Assembly (NCBI GenBank): GCA_039196665.1
Contig: JBCCUQ010000008.1
Coordinates: 1,996 to 65,995 of the forward strand
DNA length: 64,000 bases
Source: Pseudomonadota bacterium
Lineage (GTDB): Bacteria; Pseudomonadota; Alphaproteobacteria; Caulobacterales; Parvularculaceae
Direction: 5' to 3'
The notes beneath the pieces were generated by a model, which was not told the origin of the DNA, ran no database searches, and saw only the letters and a list, made by a program, of their open reading frames with translations. A program made the translations under genes and the position numbers. Every line of letters starts with the position of its first letter. Position 1 is the first letter of the stretch. Below, in pieces: positions 19,572-30,065 of this stretch.

Positions 19572-20131
19572 ATGAGCGCCTGATCAATCAAGGTTTTGGC
19601 TGCGGCGCGAGCGTTCGTCACCGCCGTTTCCGGGTCGTGCAAATGCGCCAGAACAATCGCGCCTTCTGTCAGGATCAAGAGCTGGTGCGCCAACGCTTCA
19701 GCATCTTCAACGCCAGCCGCGTGAGCCAATTTGCTGAGGTACTGCAACAGAAGGCGTTTGTGTTCCGCCGCCGTCGCATGGATCGGGTGAGCCCGGTCCT
19801 GATATTCCGAAGACGCCTTGATAAACATGCAGCTTTGAAAATCAGGCTCGCGAAACCACTCCGCCAGCGCGTCAAACGCCGCCAGCAATTGGCCCTTTGG
19901 TTCTGACGCCAACGCCTCGACCCGGCGGACCATCCAGTTGCGAAACTGCTCATCGCGCAAACGCAGCGTCGCGACGATTAAATCCTCTTTGGTCCGGAAA
20001 TGCTTGTAGATCGCAGTCTTTGAAACGCCGGTCTCAGTGGCCAGCTTGTCCATACCGATCGCGTGATAACCGCCCCGATTAAAGGCTTTCAAAGCGTTTT
20101 GAACGAGATCGTCGCGTTTTGAGGCGCTCAT
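19568..20131 (-). CDS. TetR family regulator (NemR/ComR-like)
   Basis: [21 protein letters not shown]; C-terminal [11 protein letters not shown]. Confidence 0.92.
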   Translation of the reverse strand: MSASKRDDLVQNALKAFNRGGYHAIGMDKLATETGVSKTAIYKHFRTKEDLIVATLRLRDEQFRNWMVRRVEALASEPKGQLLAAFDALAEWFREPDFQSCMFIKASSEYQDRAHPIHATAAEHKRLLLQYLSKLAHAAGVEDAEALAHQLLILTEGAIVLAHLHDPETAVTNARAAAKTLIDQALI

Positions 20132-20150
20132 TTGCACATCCATTTAACAA

Positions 20151-20330
20151 TAACTGATCTGTTACATAAAATATTCTGCCTTCGCAATCAAGATGATCTA
20201 TATTTTATCTATTAAATCAGTGCATTATGAGTTTCTCAAATAGCTCAGCTATGTGATTTTCCATAATTTACTTAATTTAACATTGACAGATCGGTTTATC
20301 TTGATTATTTCAAGATTAACCGATCGGTAA
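20151..20330. promoter_or_regulatory. three palindromic operators (ACnGATCnGT core) in the tetR/hydrolase divergent region, with a TTGACA -35 box
   Basis: TAACTGATCTGTTA 20151-20164, TGACAGATCGGTTT 20284-20297, TAACCGATCGGTAA 20317-20330; TTGACA 20283-20288 overlaps site 2. Confidence 0.75.
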
Positions 20331-20405
20331 ATGTGGTGTTTGACGATCAAAAAAACCGGTCAGCCGGAGCAACCCAAGCGTTGCCATTTAAAACTGGAGA
20401 GAGAC

Positions 20406-21419
20406 ATGACCGAGAAATTACCAACAACATTTTATTTGCGCCGCACCGATCTGACGGCGCTGCTCATAAGCGCCATCATCACTGTGGTCGTGCTGGCGGG
20501 CGCAATCGTTCCCTTAATGACCATTGCCTCGCCGGCCCGCGCCAAGCAAATGGCGGTTACAACCGTCCTGCACAGAACCGTTAATGTCGATGGCGTCGAG
20601 ATCGCCTATCGCGAGGCGGGCGATCCAGCAAAACCGGCGATCTTGTTGCTGCACGGTTTTCCTACATCCTCGCAAATGTTCCGAAACCTGATCCCGGTCC
20701 TCGCAAAAGACTATTATGTTTTGGCGCCGGATTATCCTGGCTACGGCGCGAGCGAGATGCCGTCCCGTGATGAATTCGAATACAGCTTTTCGAACTTTGC
20801 CGACATGGTGGAAGGCTTTGTGAATGCAAAGGGCGTTTCTTCTTACGCGCTTTATCTGATGGATTACGGCGCGCCGGTTGGGTACCGCCTTTTCGCCAAA
20901 CATCCCGAGCAAGTCACCGCTTTCATTATCCAGAACGGCAATGCCTACGAAGAGGGGCTTCTTGAATTCTGGGATCCGATCAAAGCCTATTGGAGCGAAC
21001 CATCAGACCAAAATCGCAACGCCCTGCGCCAGTTTTTAACAATTGACGCTACAAAATGGCAGTACACCCATGGCGTCACAAACGTTGAAGCGGTCAGCCC
21101 AGACACATGGCATACGGATCAATATCTGCTTGACCGGCCCGGCAACGATGAAATTCAGCTGGATATGTTTCTCAGCTACGCCAGCAATGTGGAATTATAC
21201 CCGACATGGCAGGCTCTGTTCCGCGAGCACCAGCCGCCGGCGCTGGTTGTCTGGGGCAAAAACGATCACATATTTCCGGCTGAGGGCGCACACCCCTACA
21301 AACGTGATCTGAAGAATGTGGAGTTTCATCTTCTGGACACCGGTCACTTCGCGCTGGAAGATCATGGCGATGTCATCGGGTCTGAAATTCTGGAGTTTCT
21401 GAAAGACCAAGACATTTGA
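20406..21419 (+). CDS. alpha/beta hydrolase, epoxide hydrolase/haloalkane dehalogenase-like
   Basis: HGFPTSS, MDYGAP (Asp nucleophile), GHFALE; N-terminal hydrophobic leader. Confidence 0.9.
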   Translation: MTEKLPTTFYLRRTDLTALLISAIITVVVLAGAIVPLMTIASPARAKQMAVTTVLHRTVNVDGVEIAYREAGDPAKPAILLLHGFPTSSQMFRNLIPVLAKDYYVLAPDYPGYGASEMPSRDEFEYSFSNFADMVEGFVNAKGVSSYALYLMDYGAPVGYRLFAKHPEQVTAFIIQNGNAYEEGLLEFWDPIKAYWSEPSDQNRNALRQFLTIDATKWQYTHGVTNVEAVSPDTWHTDQYLLDRPGNDEIQLDMFLSYASNVELYPTWQALFREHQPPALVVWGKNDHIFPAEGAHPYKRDLKNVEFHLLDTGHFALEDHGDVIGSEILEFLKDQDI

Positions 21420-21508
21420 AACTTAAAAAGAGAGGCGCTGCCTTAAAACGTGGCGCTTCTTTGCAAACAACAGCCTCCATCTTCGATTAATACAGAAAGG
21501 AAAATGTT

Positions 21509-22132
21509 ATGGCGCGCGCATTTGCTGAAATCGCCTTTACTGACGCTGTTCGCAAAAAACAGAAGCAATATGGCTCCGCTGACGCCTATGCCAAGTTCCT
21601 GACGGCGGATGCAGATCGAAAGGGCGCGCTTACAGCTGCGGAAGCCGAGTTTATCTCCGCCCGCGACGGGTTTTATCAAGCAACCGTTTCAGAGACAGGT
21701 TGGCCCTACGTGCAGTTTCGCGGTGGCCCGGTAGGTTTTGTGAAAATCATTGACGCCAAAACCATCGCTTATGCGGATTTTCGCGGCAATCGTCAGTATT
21801 TAAGCATTGGCAATCTGACGGCAAATGACCGCGTCTCGCTTTTCTTCATGGATTACCCAAACCAGCGGCGCCTTAAAGTTTGGGGGCGGACAAAGATTGT
21901 CGACCATGAAACCGATCCATCGCTGATCGCCAGTCTTCACGACAAAACTTACCACGCAAAACCAGAACGCGCCGTCATCATCACTGTCGAAGCGTTTGAC
22001 TGGAACTGCCCGCAACATATTCCGCAGCGTTTTACGACAGATGAAATTGAGGGCGCCATTGCACCCATACGGACGGAGCTGGAAGCGCTCAAGGTTGAGA
22101 ACGCCAAACTGAAAGAGATGATTAAATCGTAA
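21509..22132 (+). CDS. pyridoxamine 5'-phosphate oxidase family FMN-binding protein
   Basis: GWPYVQFRGG, ADFRGNRQYLS, WNCPQHIP. Confidence 0.9.
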   Translation: MARAFAEIAFTDAVRKKQKQYGSADAYAKFLTADADRKGALTAAEAEFISARDGFYQATVSETGWPYVQFRGGPVGFVKIIDAKTIAYADFRGNRQYLSIGNLTANDRVSLFFMDYPNQRRLKVWGRTKIVDHETDPSLIASLHDKTYHAKPERAVIITVEAFDWNCPQHIPQRFTTDEIEGAIAPIRTELEALKVENAKLKEMIKS

Positions 22133-22157
22133 TGATCGCTGCGGGCTGGCCCTAAGT

Positions 22158-22865
22158 TCAATCCGATGCGCCGCCCTGGGCCAGGTCACAGTCTTCCATC
22201 GCACGGTAAAAGTCCGCCAGCATCTTTCCGCGTTCATGCCGAAACGCATCTCCGGTCACGCGCATATCGGCAATGCGATCAAGGCGAAACATCCGAAAGT
22301 CATCCCGCAACTCGCACCAGGCGATCAGCGTCCACACCTTACCCCAGAACCAAAGCCCCAGCGGCCGAACTACCCGCTCGGTCGGCTGCTGTCCGGCGTC
22401 GCGATAGGAAAGCTCAAGGCGTATGCGTTTTTCAATCGCGCGATCCATCACGTCGATCCGCTCGCGCACATCCTCTGTCATTTCCGGCGCCATGGCGTGG
22501 ATTTCGACCTGAGCGGCGCGGCTGCGTTCGGCATCCGGCAGAACCGTCTCTATCTTTACAAGCGCCTCAACTGCGGCTCTGGCCATCGCCGCGCCGCCCC
22601 ATGCGCGAAGGAGCCGCGCCCCGGCGACAAGCGCGACAATTTCATCACGCGTAAACATCAGTGGCGGCAAGTCATAGCCGTCGCGCATCAAATAGCCGAC
22701 GCCAGCCTCACCGTCGATTGGAACACCGGAAGACTGCAGGTCGGCGATGTCCCGGTAAATTGTCCGCTCAGAAACTTCCAGTTTTTCGGAAAGCTGCATC
22801 GCAGTGATAAGCCGACCGCCCCGAAGGTGCTGGACGATCTGAAAAAGGCGGTCGGCGCGTCGCAT
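22158..22865 (-). CDS. YafY family HTH-WYL transcriptional regulator
   Basis: MRRADRLFQI...VSERTIYRDI HTH; WTLIAWCELRDDFRMFRLDRI WYL domain. Confidence 0.93.
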   Translation of the reverse strand: MRRADRLFQIVQHLRGGRLITAMQLSEKLEVSERTIYRDIADLQSSGVPIDGEAGVGYLMRDGYDLPPLMFTRDEIVALVAGARLLRAWGGAAMARAAVEALVKIETVLPDAERSRAAQVEIHAMAPEMTEDVRERIDVMDRAIEKRIRLELSYRDAGQQPTERVVRPLGLWFWGKVWTLIAWCELRDDFRMFRLDRIADMRVTGDAFRHERGKMLADFYRAMEDCDLAQGGASD

Positions 22866-22873
22866 GAAACCCT

Positions 22874-23245
22874 CTAGCGGGAAAAGACGCCGATGGAATT
22901 ACCCTCGGTATCCAGGCAATAAGCGAAGCGCCCGGCGGGAATTGCGATCGCGTCAGAGACAACTTTGCCCCCGGCTTCGCCAACGCGCTCCAGCGCCGTC
23001 TCAAGCTTATCGGGGCAGGCGAAATGCACCGTCGGGCCGGCGCCATCAGACGCCGGCTTGCCGGGATAAATATGGCCGGCCACCCCTGAGGGGTTTGATG
23101 TCGGGAACATCGCCATCGGGTTGGGGCCGGTTTCGTCTTTCTTCAAATCAAGATCAAAGACATCATTATAAAACTTGATCGCGCGATCGATGTCAGTGAC
23201 GGGAATCTCGGCCCAAACAGTGAAATTTTCGGGGGTGAAGCTCAT
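22874..23245 (-). CDS. VOC/glyoxalase family protein
   Basis: WAEIPVTDIDRAIKFY...DTEGNSIG. Confidence 0.92.
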   Translation of the reverse strand: MSFTPENFTVWAEIPVTDIDRAIKFYNDVFDLDLKKDETGPNPMAMFPTSNPSGVAGHIYPGKPASDGAGPTVHFACPDKLETALERVGEAGGKVVSDAIAIPAGRFAYCLDTEGNSIGVFSR

Positions 23246-23292
23246 GGGTCTCTCTCCTTGGCGTTTCAGAACGCCGCAACCATTGCATACCC

Positions 23293-23316
23293 CTCCTGAC
23301 AGCGTTTTGTCAGGAG
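23293..23316. promoter_or_regulatory. palindromic operator upstream of the VOC-yafY operon
   Basis: CTCCTGACA-gcgttt-TGTCAGGAG, perfect 9-bp arms, ~50 bp upstream of the VOC start. Confidence 0.72.
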
Positions 23317-23359
23317 CCTCGCAAGGATCTCATATTTTTTCAGGAGGCGGCGCCACGCT

Positions 23360-24085
23360 CTAACCCATCCCGCCGACCCCCTCAGTGCGCCCATGCTTGC
23401 GCTTGTCCAGAATGTTGGTCCAAAGCGCGAGGGCGATCCATGAAAGATGAAACACGGCGCCGACGGCAAAAATAAGAACGCCATCGAACGGACCCACGGT
23501 CATACGGGCGAAAAATTCTTCCATGGTTGAGAGCGGTTCAGGGTGAATGATAATTTTTCCGTAATAGGCGACCGCCTGAAAACTGAAAATCCACATATAG
23601 TTGCGCCTGAGGCGGCGCCCCATCGCTCGCCAGAAACCAATATGATATTGCGGCAGCAAATAATCATTAGCCAGAACATCCTGCCATTCACCAGGTTCCG
23701 GACATGCTGAACGAAACAGCATCGGTGCATAGAAATTCGTTTCGATCCAGCGGCAACGCGCGCGCCAGACATTGAAAAACCGATAACGGCGCGACTCTAA
23801 AATCAGGAACATGCAGATCAGAATGCCTACAAGCAAGAGCGGCAAGGGCGATGCCGATGGCGACGCGTAGGTGACGGACAAGGCGAGCCCCAGCGTCACC
23901 ACCGACCAGTTGGTGGTGTTATCCAGACGCGTGCGCCAGATCGTCGAACGGTAAACCTCGCCGCGATACAAATGCGCAAGGGCGCCGATCTCGGCGTTGT
24001 CAAATTCGTTGCCGGTGCCCCCTTCCGGCGTCTTCCATTCTTTCCAATCACCGCTCATGGGAAGGATTGTCGTCGCATTTGCCAT
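23360..24085 (-). CDS. DUF2270 family membrane protein
   Basis: AHLYRGEVYRSTIWRTRLDNTTNW signature. Confidence 0.9.
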   Translation of the reverse strand: MANATTILPMSGDWKEWKTPEGGTGNEFDNAEIGALAHLYRGEVYRSTIWRTRLDNTTNWSVVTLGLALSVTYASPSASPLPLLLVGILICMFLILESRRYRFFNVWRARCRWIETNFYAPMLFRSACPEPGEWQDVLANDYLLPQYHIGFWRAMGRRLRRNYMWIFSFQAVAYYGKIIIHPEPLSTMEEFFARMTVGPFDGVLIFAVGAVFHLSWIALALWTNILDKRKHGRTEGVGGMG

Positions 24086-24152
24086 ACCGTGACAAGGTGG
24101 TCGACAGGATTGGCTGACGCCGCTATCCGCAAAGAGGCGAAGAGGAGCCGCG

Positions 24153-25553
24153 ATGACCGCCCCCCGACAGTCTCATTCTGATGTTTCTTTTCAGGAAATC
24201 ATCCGCCTCGCCTGGCCGGCCTCGGTCGCGGCGTCTGTGACCCCGCTTCTTGGCGCTATTGATGTCTGGGCGCTGGCCCAATCCACAAGACCGCTCGATA
24301 TCGCCGCCGTCGGTCTTGGCTCCGTCATCTTTTCCCTCGCCTATTGGAGCTTCGGCTTTTTGCGCATGAGCGTCGCCGGCCTGACCGCGCAGGCCGCTGG
24401 CGGCGAAGACGAAACCGAGGCGCGCGCAGCGCTCGTGCGCGGCGCCGTAATCGGCGGCGCCATTGGCCTTGCGCTTGTTCTGTTACAGGCGCCGATTGGC
24501 GACCTTTCTTTCCGGCTGCTCGCCATCGATTCCGAAGCCAGCGCGGCAACCCTCGGCGCAGGGCAGAACTATTTTTCTATTCGGATATGGGGCGCGCCTT
24601 TTGTGCTCGCTTCCTACGCGGCCTTTGGCTGGTTCAGTGCGCGAGGACGCACTGATTACTTAATGATCGTAAGCCTGTTGATCACGGGACTGAACATTAT
24701 TCTGGATTACTGGTTTGTTGTCGGCTTTGGATGGGGCGCCGCTGGTGTCGCAGCCGGTACGTTGATCGCCGAAATCGCAGGCTTTTTCGCATGCCTAGTT
24801 TTCGTCGTGCTCGTCCTTAATCAGCATGGCGGCATCGCCAGCCATTGGCGCAGCCACGAATTCTGGGCGCCGGAGCGTTTACGGCGAACCATATCCGTTA
24901 ATCGGGATATCTTCATCCGCACCGTTCTGCTGGCTTTCTGTTTTTCCTGGTTTGTCCAGCGCAGCGGCGCTTTCGGCGATGTCACCCTCGCCGCCAATCA
25001 GACGCTTTTACAACTGTTTTTGTTCACTGGCCTTGCGCTTGACGGAACCGCGATTGCGGCGGAAACGCTTGTTGGCCGGGCGCTCGGCATGCGTGACCGC
25101 GATCGTGGCCGGGGACGCTATCAAACAGCCGTGCGGCGCACATTCATTCTTGCAGCGGGCGCGGCAGTTTTCTTTTCCCTGCTTTACTGGCTTGGGGGCG
25201 ACTGGCTGATCGCATTGCTGACGCCGGAAGGGCAAATCAGGGCCGCATCGGAACGCTACATGCCGTGGATTATCATCAGTCCCCTGATCGTTGTTCTTGG
25301 TTTTCAGCTCGACGGGATTTTTGTCGGCGCCACACGCGCTGTGGAAATGCGCAACTCAATGATTGTTTCAACCGTCATATTTTTACCAGCGTCTCTTTTC
25401 CTGCTGGAACGGTTTGGAAATCATGGGCTTTGGGGGGCGTTTTCGATCTATTTTCTCTTACGCGCCGCGAGCCTTGCAGTTTATCTGCCGCGCATCAAGG
25501 CCAGCTTTGGAAAACGCGACATATATAAAGAACCGCCCACTGGAGGCCAGTGA
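24153..25553 (+). CDS. MATE family efflux transporter (DinF-like)
   Basis: About 12 TM; FGFLRMSVAGLTAQA, LDGTAIAAE. Confidence 0.92.
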   Translation: MTAPRQSHSDVSFQEIIRLAWPASVAASVTPLLGAIDVWALAQSTRPLDIAAVGLGSVIFSLAYWSFGFLRMSVAGLTAQAAGGEDETEARAALVRGAVIGGAIGLALVLLQAPIGDLSFRLLAIDSEASAATLGAGQNYFSIRIWGAPFVLASYAAFGWFSARGRTDYLMIVSLLITGLNIILDYWFVVGFGWGAAGVAAGTLIAEIAGFFACLVFVVLVLNQHGGIASHWRSHEFWAPERLRRTISVNRDIFIRTVLLAFCFSWFVQRSGAFGDVTLAANQTLLQLFLFTGLALDGTAIAAETLVGRALGMRDRDRGRGRYQTAVRRTFILAAGAAVFFSLLYWLGGDWLIALLTPEGQIRAASERYMPWIIISPLIVVLGFQLDGIFVGATRAVEMRNSMIVSTVIFLPASLFLLERFGNHGLWGAFSIYFLLRAASLAVYLPRIKASFGKRDIYKEPPTGGQ

Positions 25554-25579
25554 GCGGTTTTATTCGCAGTGTAGTTTTA

Positions 25580-26209
25580 TCAACCTTTGACCGAACGCCG
25601 TTTAGCGAAACCAAGGGCGCCGGCGCCAGCGGCAAAAAGCCAAACAGCAGCAGGAAGCGGCACCTCAGAAGGAGCGGTTGCGGCAAAACCGAACTGCACA
25701 TCCGTCAGCGCATTCTCATCGCCGAGCCCAAAGACATCGTTGAGCAACCCGGATGCGGCGGCGGTGAACAATAATTCGATCGACGGATCCATAAGATCAA
25801 ACGGGTCAGCGACTGACGTCAGATCAAATGAAAAAATTGCAGCATCCATGACGGAGGCGCCTGCACTTGTCGTAACATCAGCCAAAATGAAGGCGTTTGC
25901 CGCATCTGAAATGTCGATAAGAAAGTTCTCAAGGTCGACAAAGACCATTCCTGCGGTCAAGCGGACGCCTGAATTTTCGTGCTCAATAAGGCCAGCGCCA
26001 AGATCGCCGCCAGTGATCGGGAAGGCGAGAAAACCTTGCGAGGTAACGCCGGTATCGCCAAGCAAGGATGGCGTCAGACCGGCGCCGTCAAAATCAAAAG
26101 TAGTCTCAACGACGGTCGTTCCTGTCAATGTCACCGCGAATGCGGAACTCATAGACAACCCAACGAGCGTCAATGTCGCAACAAAAATCTTCAATGTTTT
26201 GAAGGGCAT
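25580..26209 (-). CDS. VPLPA-CTERM (PEP-CTERM class) sorting-domain protein
   Basis: Signal peptide; C-terminal EVPLPAAVWLFAAGAGALGFAKRR (motif, TM, basic cluster). Confidence 0.88.
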   Translation of the reverse strand: MPFKTLKIFVATLTLVGLSMSSAFAVTLTGTTVVETTFDFDGAGLTPSLLGDTGVTSQGFLAFPITGGDLGAGLIEHENSGVRLTAGMVFVDLENFLIDISDAANAFILADVTTSAGASVMDAAIFSFDLTSVADPFDLMDPSIELLFTAAASGLLNDVFGLGDENALTDVQFGFAATAPSEVPLPAAVWLFAAGAGALGFAKRRSVKG

Positions 26210-26355
26210 GCACGTACTCCTAACAATGTTAAACGCACGATTGCGTGCAATTGCAATTGGTTAACAAAAAATGTACGTGCGCGTTCCTAAAACGGTTCAA
26301 GAAGGTTTTATGAAGGTTCGTTTGCGCCGTCGCATTTGTGAGCGTCAGCAGCCAG

Positions 26356-27414
26356 TTATCTCTGACCAGCGCCAACTGCATCCTCAACACTTGCGAACCC
26401 ATCGGCGTCGAGAAACTCAGGCAAGTCTTTCAAAATGCGTGACGGCAGGCCGGGGCCTTCATAAATAAGCGCCGTATAGAGCTGCACGAGTGATGCGCCG
26501 CCGAGAATTTTTTCGTAAGCATCTCTCGCCGATGAAACACCGCCAACGCCGATCAGCGGAACATCGCCCTTAAGCGCCGCGTAAAATTCCCGCAGCACTC
26601 TCGTCGACGATGCAAAGAGCGGCCGTCCGGAAAGCCCGCCTTTTTCAGGGGCGTGCGCGCCACGCAACGTTGAAGGACGTTCAATTGTGGTGTTGGAGAT
26701 AATCAACCCATCAAGCGACATGGTCCGTGCGACATCAGCGATATCCGCTTTATCTTCTTCCGTCAGATCGGGAGCAATCTTTAAAAAAACCGGAACGCCC
26801 GGCGCAGCCTGATCGCGCTCGGCGAGAACGCGCGCCATCAGATCATGAAGCGCCGCCTTTCCCTGAAGCGCACGCAGGCCCGGCGTGTTTGGAGAGGAAA
26901 TATTGACTGTATAGAAATCAACCAGGCCGCTAAGCCCATAGACGCCTTTTACATAGTCTTCTGTGCGGTCTTCACTGTCTTTATTGGCGCCAAGATTAGC
27001 CCCGACAATACCGCGCCGGTCGCGAGATTTCAGCCGCGCTGCAACCTGCTCAAGCCCATCATTGTTAAAGCCATAGCGATTGATTACAGCCGCATCGTCA
27101 CGCAGACGGAAAACACGCGGACGCGGATTTCCGGGCTGGGGCCGTGGCGTCACGGCGCCGATTTCAACAAAACCGAAGCCAAGATCCAAAGCGGCGTTCG
27201 GCGCTTCCGCGTTCTTGTCAAAACCCGCCGCCAGGCCAAGCGGATTGGAAAATGCTAGCCCGGCGACCTTTGAACTCAGGCGCGGGTTATTAACCTGTAT
27301 GCGCGGGCCAAGACCCGCCTTCAGCATACGCACCGTTAGGTGATGCGCGGTTTCAGGATCCAGCGCTCCAAGCGCCTTTGAACCAATGTTCGCAAGAAAA
27401 ACAGGCGGCCTCAA
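26356..27414 (-). CDS. pyrD: quinone-dependent dihydroorotate dehydrogenase
   Basis: GLAAGFDKNAE, NISSPNTPGLR, KIAPD, GGLSG; TTG start overlapping the DUF952 stop. Confidence 0.95.
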   Translation of the reverse strand: MRPPVFLANIGSKALGALDPETAHHLTVRMLKAGLGPRIQVNNPRLSSKVAGLAFSNPLGLAAGFDKNAEAPNAALDLGFGFVEIGAVTPRPQPGNPRPRVFRLRDDAAVINRYGFNNDGLEQVAARLKSRDRRGIVGANLGANKDSEDRTEDYVKGVYGLSGLVDFYTVNISSPNTPGLRALQGKAALHDLMARVLAERDQAAPGVPVFLKIAPDLTEEDKADIADVARTMSLDGLIISNTTIERPSTLRGAHAPEKGGLSGRPLFASSTRVLREFYAALKGDVPLIGVGGVSSARDAYEKILGGASLVQLYTALIYEGPGLPSRILKDLPEFLDADGFASVEDAVGAGQR

Positions 27415-27773
27415 ATCGCATCCCCGATTGCGAAGCCGTCATCGACACGAACAAGCGCCAGCGCCCTTTTGACGGACGTTGTCTCCAACGGCGCATAAAG
27501 ATGCGGAAATTCTTCCCCGCGTTTTGGCGCCAATTCGAATCTCACCTGCGACTCAATCCCCGCCAACGGAATTTCCAGCGCCAGCAGGTCACGCGCGCCA
27601 GCGAAGTGAAGCTTAGCAGTTTCCAGAAGCTGGTTGCGTGTTGACAGATGAACATATCCGTCTTCCTGATCGATTTCTCGCAAAGGGACACGGCCTGTTT
27701 TCTGCGCCTCCGCCCATTCCGCGCGCGCCGCGAGGCGATAGACGAATTCCGGTTTTGGTTGATCCGCAGCCAT
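27411..27773 (-). CDS. DUF952 family protein
   Basis: DGYVHLST, FPHLYAPL; usual partner upstream of pyrD. Confidence 0.9.
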   Translation of the reverse strand: MAADQPKPEFVYRLAARAEWAEAQKTGRVPLREIDQEDGYVHLSTRNQLLETAKLHFAGARDLLALEIPLAGIESQVRFELAPKRGEEFPHLYAPLETTSVKRALALVRVDDGFAIGDAI

Positions 27774-27819
27774 GGGTGAGGCTTAGCCCGTTGTACCGGA
27801 ATGGTCTACATGATAGCGC

Positions 27820-28584
27820 CTAGGGCTGGCTTTTGATGAAAGCGCGTTCGGCCTCGCGCCCCTCCCGCATCGCCTGGCGCAATGCAACCGCCCGCGTTTG
27901 AACCGCGGCTTCAAATTCCGTACGCGGCGGCTGGTCGATGGCGGTTTGCAAAGCTTCCGTTGCATCGGCGCGCCATTCTTCGCGGTCATAGGCGATCAGA
28001 CGGAGCGCGCATTCATAGGCTATCAGAACATTTTTGGGATCGGCGGCGCGGGCGGCGAGAAACTGTCGATGCCCGAACTCAGGGTCGGAACCGAAACGTC
28101 CTTCGCCGCCGCGGCGCGAAACCTCCAGATGCCAAGCGGCGGAACTCGACAGGGCCCAGGCGTTTTCCGGCTCAAGCGCCAGCGCCAGATCAAGAGCGTC
28201 GCGCGCACGGTCGGCAAGGTTCAAAAAGAACGCCCGCCAGGGCGCCATACGCGCGCCGCGTTGCGCCAGCGCAATGGCCGCCTGCAACCGCCCTTCTACA
28301 AATTCCGGATCGGCGCCAATCGCTGCCTCGGCATATTCGAGCGCCCGGTCGGCGACCTTTCGCGCATCGCTATCATCCATTTCGAGATAGGCGCGCGCAT
28401 TCAGCGAGCGCGCCGCCAAGGCGTAGTTTTCGGCGCCGCCAAGGCGGTCGGCGACCGAAAGGACTCTGTCGTAATCGCCGGCCTCAAAGAACTGAATCGC
28501 CTCGGGGGCCGGCGCGGCGTGAACGCCGCACAAAACTCCGGCCCAGAAGGCAATGACCAATAAAAACCGCAACGCGCACACCAT
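27820..28584 (-). CDS. exported TPR-like hypothetical protein
   Basis: Signal-like N-terminus and Ala-rich helical repeats. Confidence 0.7.
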   Translation of the reverse strand: MVCALRFLLVIAFWAGVLCGVHAAPAPEAIQFFEAGDYDRVLSVADRLGGAENYALAARSLNARAYLEMDDSDARKVADRALEYAEAAIGADPEFVEGRLQAAIALAQRGARMAPWRAFFLNLADRARDALDLALALEPENAWALSSSAAWHLEVSRRGGEGRFGSDPEFGHRQFLAARAADPKNVLIAYECALRLIAYDREEWRADATEALQTAIDQPPRTEFEAAVQTRAVALRQAMREGREAERAFIKSQP

Positions 28585-28661
28585 ATCAACTCATGCCACA
28601 GTAGACCGGAATTTAAAGCCCGATCATCACAATCTAGACATTCGCCGCCGATTCCGCCCAG

Positions 28662-30035
28662 ATGTGCGTCATGAAACCGGCGCGCATTCTACTGGGCCTT
28701 TTCCTTGCCGCCTGCGCCGGCCTGACGGCGCAGTATTTCGCCCTGCCAGAAAAAGTCGTCTGGACAATCGCAATCACCGTTTTGACCGCAAGCTGGTGGG
28801 TGACGGAAGCCTTGCCCATACCGGCGACTTCAATGGTTCCTTTCGCCCTCTTCCCGCTCGCAGGCGTTCTGGACCAGCGCCAGGCGGCTGCGGCGCTCGG
28901 GTCTTATGTCATTATATTGCTGATGGCGTCATTGATGCTGTCAAAGGCGCTGGAAAAATCCGGCGCTCACGAACGCCTGGCGCTTTATATGATCAATCTT
29001 GTCGGCGCGTCCGGGCGGCGCCTCGTGCTTGGCTTTATGCTCGCAGCAGCGATCCTTTCCATGTGGATTTCGAACACTGCGACAACGATCATGCTGGCGA
29101 CCATGGCGCTGGCGATCCTGTCGCGAACGGGCAACACTAAGCTCGGCGTTCCATTACTGCTCGGCATCGCATTCGCTGCTTCCCTTGGGGGCACGGCGAC
29201 GCTGGTCGGTACGCCGCCCAATCTGATTTTCGCCGACGCCTATCAAAAAGCGACGGGTGAGGAATATTCCTTCGCTCGCTGGATGGTCGTCGGCGTTCCT
29301 ATTGTCGCGATTGGCGTTCCGCTGATGTGGTTATGGCTAACACGATCGCTTGGCGGGGTCACCGCGCCGACGCTCAAAGACCCTGGGCCCTGGCGCAAGG
29401 ACGAACGCCGGACCATGATGGTGTTTGCACTCGCAATTTTCTTATGGGTGACGCGGGCGGAACCATTTGGCGGCTGGTCGGGCGCCCTGGGCATAACTGA
29501 GGCCGGAGACTCAACGGTCGCGGTTTTCGCCGCCGTTTTGATGTTCCTCGTTCCCGACGGCAAAGGCGGCGCGCTTCTCGACTGGAAGTCGGCAAGCAAT
29601 ATCCCGTGGGGGATGCTGCTTTTGTTCGCTGGCGGCATTTGCATTGCAAGCGCGTTTCGGGCGAGCGGCCTTGATGTTTTGATCGGCGACAGCCTCAGCC
29701 AGCTCGCAGGCATGCCGGTATTTTACATGATGCTGGGTCTTTGCCTCTCCGTCACCTTCATGACCGAGATGACATCGAATACGGCGACGGCGAACTTGCT
29801 GATGCCATTGCTCGCCGCCGTCGCCGCCGGGACTGGCGTTAGGCCGGAACTCTTGATGATCCCCGCCGTCATCTCATCTTCCTGCGCCTTCATGTTGCCG
29901 GTGGCGACGGCGCCGAACGCCATCATCTATGGCACAGGCAAGGTTTCAATCGCCCAAATGGCGCGCGAAGGCGCTGTCCTCAATGTGATGATCGCGTTTA
30001 TTGTGGCCGGCGTTTGCTGGGTGCTGTTGCGCTAG
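28662..30035 (+). CDS. SLC13/DASS family sodium:sulfate/dicarboxylate symporter
   Basis: SMWISNTAT, GTPPN, TEMTSNTA, AFMLPVATAPN; start may be 28671. Confidence 0.92.
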   Translation: MCVMKPARILLGLFLAACAGLTAQYFALPEKVVWTIAITVLTASWWVTEALPIPATSMVPFALFPLAGVLDQRQAAAALGSYVIILLMASLMLSKALEKSGAHERLALYMINLVGASGRRLVLGFMLAAAILSMWISNTATTIMLATMALAILSRTGNTKLGVPLLLGIAFAASLGGTATLVGTPPNLIFADAYQKATGEEYSFARWMVVGVPIVAIGVPLMWLWLTRSLGGVTAPTLKDPGPWRKDERRTMMVFALAIFLWVTRAEPFGGWSGALGITEAGDSTVAVFAAVLMFLVPDGKGGALLDWKSASNIPWGMLLLFAGGICIASAFRASGLDVLIGDSLSQLAGMPVFYMMLGLCLSVTFMTEMTSNTATANLLMPLLAAVAAGTGVRPELLMIPAVISSSCAFMLPVATAPNAIIYGTGKVSIAQMAREGAVLNVMIAFIVAGVCWVLLR

Positions 30036-30065
30036 CTACAACGAATGTTCTGTTCGGGAGGCGAG

